64,000 nt of DNA from Candidatus Omnitrophota bacterium (GCA_026387335.1 JAPLLX010000004.1:255045-319044); one strand, 5' to 3'; shown: positions 51,097 through 60,935, counted from the first letter of the stretch. Numbers and translations: made by a program. The notes: generated from the letters alone by a model not told the origin.

Positions 51097-52280
51097 GTAA
51101 CGTACAGGCAATTGAAAACCAGAAATTGCAGCAGGAGAGTTCTCCTGTAGTACGCAGTACCAAGAAACCGCGCGATTATCAGCAGATAGCAATTTATAAA
51201 GATGTCAATCCTCTGGATTGGGAAGATTGGCATTGGCAGATAAAAAACAGGATTTGTTCTAAAGATATTTTAGCGCAGATTATAAATTTAACTCCCGATG
51301 AGGAGAAAGGTATTGATAAGGCCAAAGGAAGATTATCCATGGCCATAACTCCTTATTGGGGAACGTTGCTTGATCCGGAAGACGCCGATTGCCCTCTAAG
51401 GCGCCAGGCTGTCCCGGTGGTCCAGGAATTAATGATTTCTCCCCATGAAATGACTGATCCTTGCGCGGAAGACCGGGATTCTCCGGCCCCGCACCTGGTG
51501 CATCGTTACCCGGACAGGGTTCTATTATTGGCTACAGACCACTGCGCAATGTACTGCCGCCACTGCACGCGCCGGCGCCTGGTCGGAGACCATGGAGAAA
51601 AAGATTCTAATTCTCCGGATAGGTTTGATGCCGCTATAGAATATATAAAAGCTAACCGTAAAATAAGGGACGTGTTAATATCCGGAGGCGACCCGTTAAC
51701 CCTGGAAGACGAGGAATTGGATGATCTGCTCGGAAAAATCCGCTCTATATCCCACATAGAATTCTTACGGCTGGGTACGCGCATACCCGTCACGCTTCCG
51801 CAGCGCATTACGGAAAACTTGGTGAATATAATGAAAAAATATTCGCCGCTTTGGGTAAGCATTCATTTTAACCATCCGAAAGAGATAACCAAACGCGCTA
51901 AGATCGCCTGCGATATGTTAGCGGAAGCCGGGATTCCTTTGGGCAGCCAGACTGTGCTTTTAAAAGGGATTAACGACCGGCCGTATATAATGAAAAAACT
52001 GGTCCACGAATTACTGCAGATTAGAGTCAGGCCGTATTATATTTATCAATGCGATCCTGTGCGGGGGACCCAGCATTTCCGGACCCCGGTTGCCGTCGGG
52101 ATCAATATTATGGAAAAATTACGCGGGCATACTTCCGGCTACGCTGTCCCGACTTATGTCATTGACGGTCCGGGAGGCGGCGGGAAAATACCCGTCGGGC
52201 CGAATTATATTCTTTCCCAGGCCAAGGGAAAGTACGTCCTGCGTAACTACAAAGGCAAGATCTATACCTACCTGGAATAA
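51093..52280 (+). CDS. KamA-family radical SAM/PLP aminomutase (lysine 2,3-aminomutase-like)
   Basis: HRYPDRVL, CAMYCRHCTRRR, ISGGDPL, PYYIYQCD, GGGGKIP. Confidence 0.93.
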   Translation: MSNVQAIENQKLQQESSPVVRSTKKPRDYQQIAIYKDVNPLDWEDWHWQIKNRICSKDILAQIINLTPDEEKGIDKAKGRLSMAITPYWGTLLDPEDADCPLRRQAVPVVQELMISPHEMTDPCAEDRDSPAPHLVHRYPDRVLLLATDHCAMYCRHCTRRRLVGDHGEKDSNSPDRFDAAIEYIKANRKIRDVLISGGDPLTLEDEELDDLLGKIRSISHIEFLRLGTRIPVTLPQRITENLVNIMKKYSPLWVSIHFNHPKEITKRAKIACDMLAEAGIPLGSQTVLLKGINDRPYIMKKLVHELLQIRVRPYYIYQCDPVRGTQHFRTPVAVGINIMEKLRGHTSGYAVPTYVIDGPGGGGKIPVGPNYILSQAKGKYVLRNYKGKIYTYLE

Positions 52281-52334
52281 ACTGTTCGTTTTTTGTCCAT
52301 TAATCTTAGGAATCTCTTCGGAGAGTAGAGAGCT

Positions 52335-54290
52335 ATGGATGTCAGGAATAAACGAAATTTTATCCTTTTAGGGCATGCTCAGTCCGGCAAGACCACACTC
52401 GCGGAGAGCATGCTTTATTTCTCTAAGGCCACCACCCGTAAAGGCAAAGTTGAAGATGGGACGACTGTCAGTGACTACAGCTTTGACGAGATAGAAAAGA
52501 AAAATTCCATCAATTTAAGCCTGCTCTTTTGTGAATATCAGGGTAACCAGATCCAGATTGTGGATACACCCGGTTACGCGGATTTCTTCGGTGAGGTTGT
52601 CGCCGGGGCCCGCGCGGTAGATAGCGCTCTTATTGTGGTGGACGCCACAGCCGGTGTCCAGGTAGGGACTGAGCGCGCCTGGGATATCGCCCAGGAAAAT
52701 AACCTTCCCTGCATGATTTTTATCAATAAGATGGATAAAGAAGGCGCGGATGTGAATAAGGTTTTAGCGGACCTAAAATCCAGCCTTTCCAAAAATTGCG
52801 TAATCATAGAATCTTTGGAAGACCCGCTTTTAATGGAAGCAATCGCTGAGAGCGACGACAGCCTTTTGGAAAAATACCTGGCGGTTTTAAGGCTCTCCCT
52901 GGAAGAGATAAAAAGCGGTCTGGCTCAGGCAGTTATGCAACGTAAGCTCTTCCCCGTTGTGGTTGGTTCGGCGCTTACCGATAAAGGGATTAAAGATTTG
53001 CTGGACGATGTTTTACAATATCTGCCCAGTCCTCTGGATAGGGCTCCCGTAATAGCGGATAATCCGTTAAAAACGGGTGAGAAAAAAGAAGTTATTTTAA
53101 AAGAAGAGGCGTCTTTCTCAGCGTTTGTCTTTAAGAATATTTCAGACCCTTTTGTCGGCCAGCTTACGTTGTTGCGCGTTTTTTCCGGCATGCTTGCGGC
53201 AAATTCGGGTTTTTACAACGTAAGCCGCAGTCTTAAAGAAAGAATAGGACCGATATATTTTCTGCAGGGCAAGGGTGAACGCCAAGTGGACAGCGCGCAT
53301 TGCGGGGATATTGTCGCTATCGCTAAATTAAAGAATACGGGAGTCTCGGATTCGCTGGCGCAGGAAAAAGAGCAGTTTTTATTTGAGCCGATTGTTTTCC
53401 CCGAGCCGGCGATATCAGCGTCGGTCAAGCCCAAATCCCGCGAGGACGAAGAAAAAATTTCTGACGCCTTGCATAAACTGGCGGCGGAAGACCATACGTT
53501 CGGGGTCAGGCACGACCCGCAGACCAAAGAGTTGGTTGTTTCCGGGCTGGGCGACTTGCACTTAGCGGTTATGGTCGGCAGGATGAAAAAAAGATTTAAT
53601 GTCGCGGTGGATTTAGGCACGCCGAAAGTATCCTATAAAGAGACGATCTCTAAAAGCGCTAAGGTGCAGGGTAAATTCAAGCGCCAATCCGGCGGTCGCG
53701 GCCAATACGGAGATTGCTGGTTAGAGGTAAGCCCTTTAGGACGGGGCAAGGGCCTGGAGTTCGTAGATAAGATAGTCGGAGGGGCAATACCGCGCAATTT
53801 TATTCCTTCGGTGGAAAAAGGCGTGCGCCAGGCTTCCTTAGAAGGCGCGGTCGCGGGTTACCCCATTGAAGATATCCGGGTGACTTTAGTTGACGGTTCA
53901 TACCATGAGGTGGACTCTTCGGATATGGCTTTTCAAATCGCCGGGGCGATGGCTTTACGCAAGGCGGTTATGGAAGCCGGCCCGGTATTATTAGAGCCGA
54001 TAATGGATATTGAGATATATATTCCGGAAGAATGCCTGGGAACGATTTCCGGAGATATTAATTCCCGCCGGGGCAGGATCATGGGTATGGAGATAAAAGG
54101 CAAACAACAGGTAGTCAAAGTGCAGGCGCCGCTAGCGGAGATGTTTAAGTACGCCAATGACCTGCGTTCAATAACCGCGGGCAAAGGCTCTTACACAATG
54201 CGTTTTTCGCATTACGAAGAAGTGCCGCATAAGTTTGCCGCATCAATAATCACTCAATATCAAGCCACCAAAAAACAGGAAGAACAATAA
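52335..54290 (+). CDS. Elongation factor G paralog (EF-G II type)
   Basis: GHAQSGKTT, DTPGYADF, NKMD, QSGGRGQY, GSYHEVDSS; lacks the canonical RGITI motif. Confidence 0.92.
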   Translation: MDVRNKRNFILLGHAQSGKTTLAESMLYFSKATTRKGKVEDGTTVSDYSFDEIEKKNSINLSLLFCEYQGNQIQIVDTPGYADFFGEVVAGARAVDSALIVVDATAGVQVGTERAWDIAQENNLPCMIFINKMDKEGADVNKVLADLKSSLSKNCVIIESLEDPLLMEAIAESDDSLLEKYLAVLRLSLEEIKSGLAQAVMQRKLFPVVVGSALTDKGIKDLLDDVLQYLPSPLDRAPVIADNPLKTGEKKEVILKEEASFSAFVFKNISDPFVGQLTLLRVFSGMLAANSGFYNVSRSLKERIGPIYFLQGKGERQVDSAHCGDIVAIAKLKNTGVSDSLAQEKEQFLFEPIVFPEPAISASVKPKSREDEEKISDALHKLAAEDHTFGVRHDPQTKELVVSGLGDLHLAVMVGRMKKRFNVAVDLGTPKVSYKETISKSAKVQGKFKRQSGGRGQYGDCWLEVSPLGRGKGLEFVDKIVGGAIPRNFIPSVEKGVRQASLEGAVAGYPIEDIRVTLVDGSYHEVDSSDMAFQIAGAMALRKAVMEAGPVLLEPIMDIEIYIPEECLGTISGDINSRRGRIMGMEIKGKQQVVKVQAPLAEMFKYANDLRSITAGKGSYTMRFSHYEEVPHKFAASIITQYQATKKQEEQ

Positions 54291-54308
54291 GATAAGGAGT
54301 AGTGTATA

Positions 54309-55010
54309 GTGAAGATTAGTGTAATCGGACTGCCCGGCTTAAACCCCGGAAAACATAATATTAAGGATTCTCGTCTTGATCAAGTGGATAGCATAACTAA
54401 AGCCAAGAAGAGGACCTACATTCAAGTTGAAGTCGTTTCCGAAAACGGGGCAATAGACGCGGACGCGATTTTAGTCGTCAAAAATTCATCCTCGGACGTA
54501 ATCTTAAAAGACCTGGAATTTGTGGAGACGCGGCTGGCGCGGGCCACCGAGGAAGCGGAAAAGAATTTATTTAACAAACTAAAGGGCATACTGGAAAAAG
54601 AGGAATTTATCTCCCGCGCGGCTTTAAACCCCGACGAGAAAAAAGAATTGGTTAAATACGGTTTACTTAGCGCTAAACCGGTTATTGTCGCTAGCGAGCA
54701 AGACCTGGAAGACCAAAACAGTTTATTACTCAGGGCCTTAAAAGAGGGAGGCTTTCTGAGCTTTTTTACAACCGGCGAAAAAGAGACCCGGGCCTGGCTT
54801 ATAAGATGTGGAGATACTGCCTGGGTCGCTTCGGGCGCGATACATTCGGATATACAGCAGGGTTTTATCCGGGCCGAAATTATCGCTTTCCAGGATTTTA
54901 TGGAATGCGGTGGTGAATCCAAGGCTAAGCAGGCGGGTAAAATGCGCCTTGAGCCCAAAGAATACATCATGCAGGACTGTGATCTGGCAAACTTTCGGTT
55001 TAATAAATAG
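54309..55010 (+). CDS. Reduced YchF-like protein (G domain degenerate, TGS domain intact)
   Basis: SFFTTGEKETRAW, GAIHSDIQQGFIRAE, GKMRLEPKEYIMQD; N-terminal GLPGLNPGK lacks GxPNVGKS. Confidence 0.8.
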   Translation: MKISVIGLPGLNPGKHNIKDSRLDQVDSITKAKKRTYIQVEVVSENGAIDADAILVVKNSSSDVILKDLEFVETRLARATEEAEKNLFNKLKGILEKEEFISRAALNPDEKKELVKYGLLSAKPVIVASEQDLEDQNSLLLRALKEGGFLSFFTTGEKETRAWLIRCGDTAWVASGAIHSDIQQGFIRAEIIAFQDFMECGGESKAKQAGKMRLEPKEYIMQDCDLANFRFNK

Positions 55011-55022
55011 GGAGAGATTATA

Positions 55023-56580
55023 ATGGTGAAGATTAAACGGGCGTTGATCAGCGTATCGGATAAAACAGGAATATTAGATTTCGCGAAAGAGTTAAATAAA
55101 TTCGGCGTGGAAATCCTCTCTACGGGTGGCACGGCAAAATTATTGCGCGAAAATAATATTCCGGTAAAAGAAGTATCCGAATATACGGGATTTCCGGAGA
55201 TGCTTGACGGCCGGGTTAAAACGCTGCATCCCAAAATACACGGCGGGCTTCTGGCTTTGCGGGATAACCCCGAGCATATGGCTACGCTCAAAGATCATGG
55301 TATCGGTTTAATCGATATGGTAGCGGTAAATCTTTATCCGTTTGAAAAAACCACCCAAAAACCCGGGGTAGCGATAGAAGAGGTGATTGAAAATATTGAT
55401 ATCGGCGGGCCGTCCATGCTGCGCTCCGCCGCTAAAAATCACCGCTCAGTAGCGGTTATCTGTAATCCGGGAAGGTACCCCCAGGTCATCGAAGAATTAA
55501 AGAAAAATAACGGCTGCCTGCCGGATAGCCTTTTACGCGATTTAGGCATTGAAGTTTTTAGCCGCACATCCCAATACGATGGAGCGATATTTGCGTATCT
55601 TAACAAATGGAATAACGGCTCTAAAACAGCAGCAATAGGCATTTTCCCCGATACGCTTACTTTATCTTTTGAAAAAATTCAGGATTTACGTTACGGCGAG
55701 AATCCCCATCAAAAAGCAGCCTTCTACAAAGAAAAAGGGAAGTCGGTAGGGTTGATAAACCTTAAGCAATTACAGGGTAAAGAGTTATCTTTTAATAATA
55801 TATTGGATTTAAATGCCGCTTTGGAATTAGTGCGGGAATTCAGCCAACCAGCTGCGGTAATCGTCAAACATAATAATCCCTGCGGAGTGGCTGAAGATAA
55901 AACTCTGGAAAAAGCATTTTTATACGCCTGGAAGTGTGACCCGCTCTCCGCTTTCGGCGGAATTGTCGCTTTAAACCGTAAGCTGGATTTAAAAACCGCT
56001 AAAGTGATAGCTAAAAGTGGATTCTTAGAATGTATTATCGCTCCCGGGTTTGAACAGGAAACGCTAGAGTTATTTAAAGAAAAAAAGAATTTACGCATTT
56101 TGGAATTTTATGGCTTAGAGCCGATAAACGAGCCGGAGTTTAAACGCGTAAGCGGCGGGTTGTTACTCCAGGATAAAGATTTGGCGACCCTGGATTTAAA
56201 TAACCTGAAAGTGGTTACTAAAAGAAAGCCGACCAAGCAAGAGATGACTAGTTTGATTTTTGGTTGGAAAGTAGCCAAGCATGTAAAATCCAACGCCATT
56301 ATTTTAACCAAGGGGACTAGGGCCGTCGGCATCGGCGCGGGGCAGATGTCCCGGGTGGATTCAGTTATGATTGCTAAGAAAAAATCCGGCAAGTTAAGCG
56401 CCAATTCCTGTTTAGCTTCCGACGCCTTCTTCCCTAAGCCGGACGCTATTTCCTGGGCCCATAAAGCCGGCGCTAAAGCGATAATCCAGCCCGGCGGCTC
56501 AATCGCCGACCAGAATCCAGGCCTGCGACAAATATAAAATCGCCATGGTTACTACCGGCATAAGGCACTTCAGGCACTAA
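55023..56580 (+). pseudogene. purH: PurH (AICAR transformylase/IMP cyclohydrolase) with a frameshift near 56514; may be an assembly error
   Basis: LISVSDK, RVKTLHP, LRYGENPHQ, IQPGGS; main frame stops at 56537; IQACDKYKIAMVTTGIRHFRH* continues in the +1 frame to 56580. Confidence 0.85.
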
Positions 56581-56584
56581 TGAA

Positions 56585-57958
56585 ATGTCCTACCCAGAAG
56601 CTCTCCGATACCTGGAATCTTTTGTCAACTACGAAAAGTTTTCCAGCTACCCTTATCAAGAAGCCTTAAACTTAAAACGCGTTCAGGGTTTTTTAAATTT
56701 AGTCAAGAATCCCGAGCGTTCCTTAAGATTTATCCACGTAGCCGGAACAAAAGGCAAAGGCTCAACCTGCGCTTTTATTACCTATATATTAAGGGAAGCC
56801 GGGTTTAAAACCGGCTTATATACTTCTCCGCACCTAATTGATTTTAGAGAACGCATCAGGATTTTAAATAGGGACAGCGACCATTTTTCTTGGTCGCATA
56901 GACAGAAAAATGGTCGCTGTCCCTATTTAAGTGACTTTGAAGGAATGATCTCTAAGCGCAAACTGGCCAGCTTAGTGGATAGATTAAAACCCGCGCTAGA
57001 AAAATATAACCGCGTTTCAATTTACGGCGCGCTTTCCTTTTTTGAAATATGCACAGTTTTAGCTTTTATGTATTTCAAAGACGAAGGGGTAGACTTAGCG
57101 GTTTTAGAGACCGGATTAGGCGGGAGGCTGGACGCCACTAATATTGTTGAGCCTAAAGTGTGCGTTCTTACCCCCATAAGTTATGAGCATATGGATAAAT
57201 TAGGTCATACCTTAAAGAAGATAGCGGCGGAGAAAGCCGGGATTATTAAAAGAAATTCAATTGTTATTTCCGCGCCGCAAGTGAAAGAAGCAGGAAGAGT
57301 TATCAGTGATAAATGTAAGCAAGAAAATGCCAAACTATTCCTGGTAGGAAAAGATATAAAATATAGCGGCTCGGAGAATAAATTCAGAGTCACTACCCCT
57401 TACGCAGACTACAAAGATTTAAAGATAAGATTATGCGGCCGGCATCAAGTGCTGAACGCCGCAATGGCCCTGGCCGCAGTTAGCGCTCTCGGTAAGTGTA
57501 ATATCAAAGTCCGGATTGATTCTATCAAGAAAGGGCTCTATAATACTTTATGGCCGGGTAGATGCGAGGTCGTGGCTAAAAATCCTCTCATAATCCTGGA
57601 TGGCGCGCAAAACGCCGCTTCGGCAAAGGTTTTAAAAAAAGCGGTTCAAGAAAGGTTTCGTTACCGCAAGCTTATCCTTATACTCGGAGTTTCTAACGAT
57701 AAAGATATAAAAGGGATCGCGGATGAGCTTTATGCTTTAGCCGGTACAGTTATATTAACCAAAGCGAATAATTCGCGCGCAACTGATCCGAGAATCCTCG
57801 CCGGATATTTTAGAAAAAAAGATAAATATATCACTAATGGCCTAGCCGAAGCTAAAATATTGGCCCAGAAGCTGGCTAAAAAGGAAGACCTGATATTAGT
57901 TACCGGCTCTCTTTTTGTGGTAGGCGAATTCAAAAATGATAAATCACGACTTAACTGA
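56585..57958 (+). CDS. folC: Folylpolyglutamate synthase/dihydrofolate synthase with an in-frame repeat insertion
   Basis: IHVAGTKGKGS, YTSPHL, ETGLGGRLDATN, WPGR, VTGSLF. Confidence 0.95.
   Translation: MSYPEALRYLESFVNYEKFSSYPYQEALNLKRVQGFLNLVKNPERSLRFIHVAGTKGKGSTCAFITYILREAGFKTGLYTSPHLIDFRERIRILNRDSDHFSWSHRQKNGRCPYLSDFEGMISKRKLASLVDRLKPALEKYNRVSIYGALSFFEICTVLAFMYFKDEGVDLAVLETGLGGRLDATNIVEPKVCVLTPISYEHMDKLGHTLKKIAAEKAGIIKRNSIVISAPQVKEAGRVISDKCKQENAKLFLVGKDIKYSGSENKFRVTTPYADYKDLKIRLCGRHQVLNAAMALAAVSALGKCNIKVRIDSIKKGLYNTLWPGRCEVVAKNPLIILDGAQNAASAKVLKKAVQERFRYRKLILILGVSNDKDIKGIADELYALAGTVILTKANNSRATDPRILAGYFRKKDKYITNGLAEAKILAQKLAKKEDLILVTGSLFVVGEFKNDKSRLN
56865..56929. repeat. Palindromic element family A, copy A3 (65 bp), in-frame inside folC
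   Basis: Perfect 25-bp arms with TTAA at both ends; encodes [21 protein letters not shown]. Confidence 0.95.
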
Positions 57959-59318
57959 TACAATCGCGGCGATTGCCACCCCTGTCGGTGAGGGCGGGAT
58001 AGGGATAGTGCGTATTAGCGGTAAGCTGGCGTTAGCTATCGCGGATAAGATATTTATTTCTCCCGCCGGAAAATTACCATCAACGCTTAAAACTTATACT
58101 ACGCATTATGGGACAATCGTCAAGGGCAAAAAGGTGATTGATGAAGTCATCCTTACGATTATGCGCTCCCCCAAGTCTTACACAAGAGAAGATATAGTTG
58201 AAATAAATTGCCACGGCGGAATAGTCGCTTTGCGGGGAGTGCTGGACCTGGTTTTAGCCAGCGGCGCGCGTATGGCTAGGCCGGGAGAATTTACCAAACG
58301 CGCGTTTCTAAACGGCAGGATTGATCTTACTCAGGCCGAGGCGGTCTTAGATATAATCCGGGCTAAAACCGATTCCGCTTTAAAGACGGGAATTGAGCAG
58401 CTAAAAGGCTCGCTCTCTAAGCAGATAAATAAATACAGGGAACTTTTATTAAACATACTCGCGCAATTAGAGGCAGGTATTGATTTTCCGGAAGAGTTAG
58501 TTTCTACGGAGGATTTAAAAACCATATCCAGAAAACTAGATGAGGTTCATAATGGCTTGGAGGGGTTGATTAAAGATTCCCGCCTGGCCAGGATATTACG
58601 CGAAGGAATACATGTGGTTATCTGCGGAAAACCCAACGTCGGAAAATCATCCCTTTTAAACGCGCTGCTTAAAGAGGAGCGCTCAATAGTCACTCCTATT
58701 GCCGGGACTACCCGCGACACGATAGAAGAGGTAATAGATATTCAAGGAATACCGGTTAGGATAGTGGATACTGCCGGGATATTGGAGCCGCGGGATTTAG
58801 TGGAAAAAGAAGCGGTCAAGCGCTCAAAGGAACAGATTGCCGCTGCGGATTTAATAATTATTTTATTTGACGCTAGCAAGAAGCTCTCCCCGGAAGACCT
58901 CTTTCTTATCCGGAAATTAAAGAAAAAAAAGGTTATCGCTTTAATAAATAAGTCCGACCTTAAGCAGAAAATTGAAAAAGGAAGGTTAGAAAAGATATTT
59001 AAGAGCGTAGTAGATATATCGGCTAAAAAACTGATCAATATAGATCTTTTGGAAAAGGCTATCGCGGATTTAGTTTACGGCGGCTCAGTTGCCCAGGCTG
59101 AATCATTACTGGTGGCTAATTTAAGGCACAGAAATATGATTCAAAAGGCGAAGATTATTATTGCGCAAGCCCGCGAATCGTTAGATAATAGCTTGCCAGC
59201 GGAATTTATTGCTCAGGATTTAAAAGAGGCGTTAGGGCATCTGGATGAAGTATCCGGCAGGAAGTTTTCCGAGGATTTATTGGATAAGATATTCTCGGAA
59301 TTTTGTATCGGTAAATAA
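57936..59318 (+). CDS. mnmE: tRNA modification GTPase MnmE
   Basis: DTIAAIATP, GEFTKRAFLNG, GKPNVGKSS, GTTRD, FCIGK. Confidence 0.97.
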   Translation: MINHDLTDTIAAIATPVGEGGIGIVRISGKLALAIADKIFISPAGKLPSTLKTYTTHYGTIVKGKKVIDEVILTIMRSPKSYTREDIVEINCHGGIVALRGVLDLVLASGARMARPGEFTKRAFLNGRIDLTQAEAVLDIIRAKTDSALKTGIEQLKGSLSKQINKYRELLLNILAQLEAGIDFPEELVSTEDLKTISRKLDEVHNGLEGLIKDSRLARILREGIHVVICGKPNVGKSSLLNALLKEERSIVTPIAGTTRDTIEEVIDIQGIPVRIVDTAGILEPRDLVEKEAVKRSKEQIAAADLIIILFDASKKLSPEDLFLIRKLKKKKVIALINKSDLKQKIEKGRLEKIFKSVVDISAKKLINIDLLEKAIADLVYGGSVAQAESLLVANLRHRNMIQKAKIIIAQARESLDNSLPAEFIAQDLKEALGHLDEVSGRKFSEDLLDKIFSEFCIGK

Positions 59319-59326
59319 ATAGGATA

Positions 59327-59391
59327 TAAATAGGGACAGCGACCATTTTTCTTGGTCGCCTAGACAGAAAAACGGTCGCTGTCCCTATTTA
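59327..59391. repeat. Palindromic element family A, copy A4 (65 bp)
   Basis: 25-bp arms with one mismatch; between mnmE and folE. Confidence 0.95.
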
Positions 59392-59404
59392 ATCAGGGAG
59401 AATT

Positions 59405-59962
59405 ATGAATAAGAAAAAGATTGAGAGAGCAGTGTACGATATATTGGAAGCGATAGGCGAGAACCCGAAGAAAAAGGACCTTCTGGAAACTCCTAAGCGC
59501 GTAGCTGAAATGTACGAAGAAATATTTTCCGGTATCAAGCAGGACCCCGAGAAAGAGTTAGAAGTTATTTTAGACCAGAAACATCATGAAATCATCCTAC
59601 TTAAAGGAATACCTCTCTACTCGATCTGCGAACATCATTTGCTTCCTTTTGTGGGTAAGGCCAGCATAGCTTATATCCCTAAGAGTGGCCGGGTTACGGG
59701 TTTGAGTAAATTAGCCCGGGTGGTAGATATTTTAGCCCACCGGCCGCAAGTACAGGAGCGCCTGACTACCCAGATAGCCGAGATTATTATGTCTAAATTA
59801 AGGCCCTTAGGGGTAATGGTGGTTATTGAGGCTGAACATATGTGCATGTCTTTGCGCGGAGTAAGGAAACCCGGGACGCTTACCATTACCTCAGCCGTGC
59901 GCGGTATATTTAAAGAGAATGAAAAGACGCGCTCAGAGGCCTTAGCTTTGATTAAATCTTAG
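59405..59962 (+). CDS. folE: GTP cyclohydrolase I
   Basis: [39 protein letters not shown]. Confidence 0.97.
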   Translation: MNKKKIERAVYDILEAIGENPKKKDLLETPKRVAEMYEEIFSGIKQDPEKELEVILDQKHHEIILLKGIPLYSICEHHLLPFVGKASIAYIPKSGRVTGLSKLARVVDILAHRPQVQERLTTQIAEIIMSKLRPLGVMVVIEAEHMCMSLRGVRKPGTLTITSAVRGIFKENEKTRSEALALIKS

Positions 59963-59966
59963 AATC

Positions 59967-60045
59967 TTAGGGACGGTTCTCAAGCCAATCTCAAAGTGTC
60001 CCCTAACAGGGGACACTTTTGCTTTGAGTTGAGAACCGTCCCTGA
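59967..60045. repeat. Palindromic element family B, copy B2 (79 bp, inverted relative to B1)
   Basis: Same nested arms as B1; differs only in the 5-nt loop and two internal bases. Confidence 0.93.
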
Positions 60046-60061
60046 CTGATGGAGGAATATT

Positions 60062-60400
60062 ATGACGCATAAAAGCCAAGGTAAGTCATCACTAGGGATG
60101 GAAGCCAATATTGCCGCGCTCTTAAGCTACCTTTTGGGTTTTGTCTCCGGGATAATCTTTTACGCTTTAGAGAAAGAAAATAAGTTTGTGCGTTTCCACG
60201 CGATGCAATCGATCGTGGTTTTCGCGTTTTTATTTGTTTTAAACATGGTCGTAAAACTCTTACCTTTAATAGGTTGGACCATCTCCACTCTTTTGGGCAT
60301 AATAGGCATAGTCATCTGGGTTCTCCTTATGGTTAAAGCCTACAACGGAGAATATTTCAAACTGCCGGTTGCCGGAGAGATTGCCGAGAAAAACTCCTAA
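60062..60400 (+). CDS. DUF4870-like small membrane protein
   Basis: LGMEANIAALLSYLL, FVRFHAMQS, KAYNGEYFKLPV. Confidence 0.85.
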   Translation: MTHKSQGKSSLGMEANIAALLSYLLGFVSGIIFYALEKENKFVRFHAMQSIVVFAFLFVLNMVVKLLPLIGWTISTLLGIIGIVIWVLLMVKAYNGEYFKLPVAGEIAEKNS

Positions 60401-60518
60401 AGAAAGCGCTTTCTAAAACACTGGATATTCCCTTGAAACCCGTAGGAATCAAGGGCATACTAGTAATGCATAGTCAAACAGGCCATTATGCCTGCGCCAG
60501 ACAGGAGAGCGTTAACCG

Positions 60519-60860
60519 ATGCCCGGTAATTATCCTCAAGAAAAAAGGAAGCTAGTCCGTTTTCTCATCACTATACCCTTAAAACACATTAAGATCAGCA
60601 TGAGAAGTTTTAACTCCTCCTGCACTCATGACATAAGCGCGCAAGGCGTAGGCCTGATCACTCCCGAGGAGCTTCCCGTAAATACCCCTTTAATTTTATG
60701 CCTTAAGATTCCGGATAACGGAGAAGAGATATCTTTAGAGGCAGAGGTAGTCTGGTCAACGCGAATGTCTTCTGAGCAATACCGCTCCGGCCTTAAGCTT
60801 AAAAATAATCCGATCAAACCCATCCCCCTCGTATTAAGGACAATTTATTCCAAATTATAA
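60519..60860 (+). CDS. Single-domain PilZ protein
   Basis: RKLVR and DISAQG motifs, AEVVW. Confidence 0.85.
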   Translation: MPGNYPQEKRKLVRFLITIPLKHIKISMRSFNSSCTHDISAQGVGLITPEELPVNTPLILCLKIPDNGEEISLEAEVVWSTRMSSEQYRSGLKLKNNPIKPIPLVLRTIYSKL

Positions 60861-60866
60861 TCTTGA

Positions 60867-60895
60867 TTGACATACCCCGCTGGAAGTAGTATCAT
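60867..60895 (+). promoter_or_regulatory. Sigma70-type promoter
   Basis: TTGACA-17-TATCAT. Confidence 0.65.
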
Positions 60896-60935
60896 ATCTT
60901 TAATCGTCTAACTGACCCAATAATAAAAAACTAAG

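Noticed and set aside
51093-52280. KamA homolog as EpmB or part of lysine fermentation
   Set aside because: No efp/epmA or kamDE/kdd/kce neighbours in the window; specific function left unassigned
54422-55291. 289-aa minus-strand ORF
   Set aside because: Antisense shadow of the ychF-like gene and purH
60401-60414. Perfect 14-bp palindrome AGAAAGCGCTTTCT
   Set aside because: Single occurrence, no loop or T tract; no function can be supported
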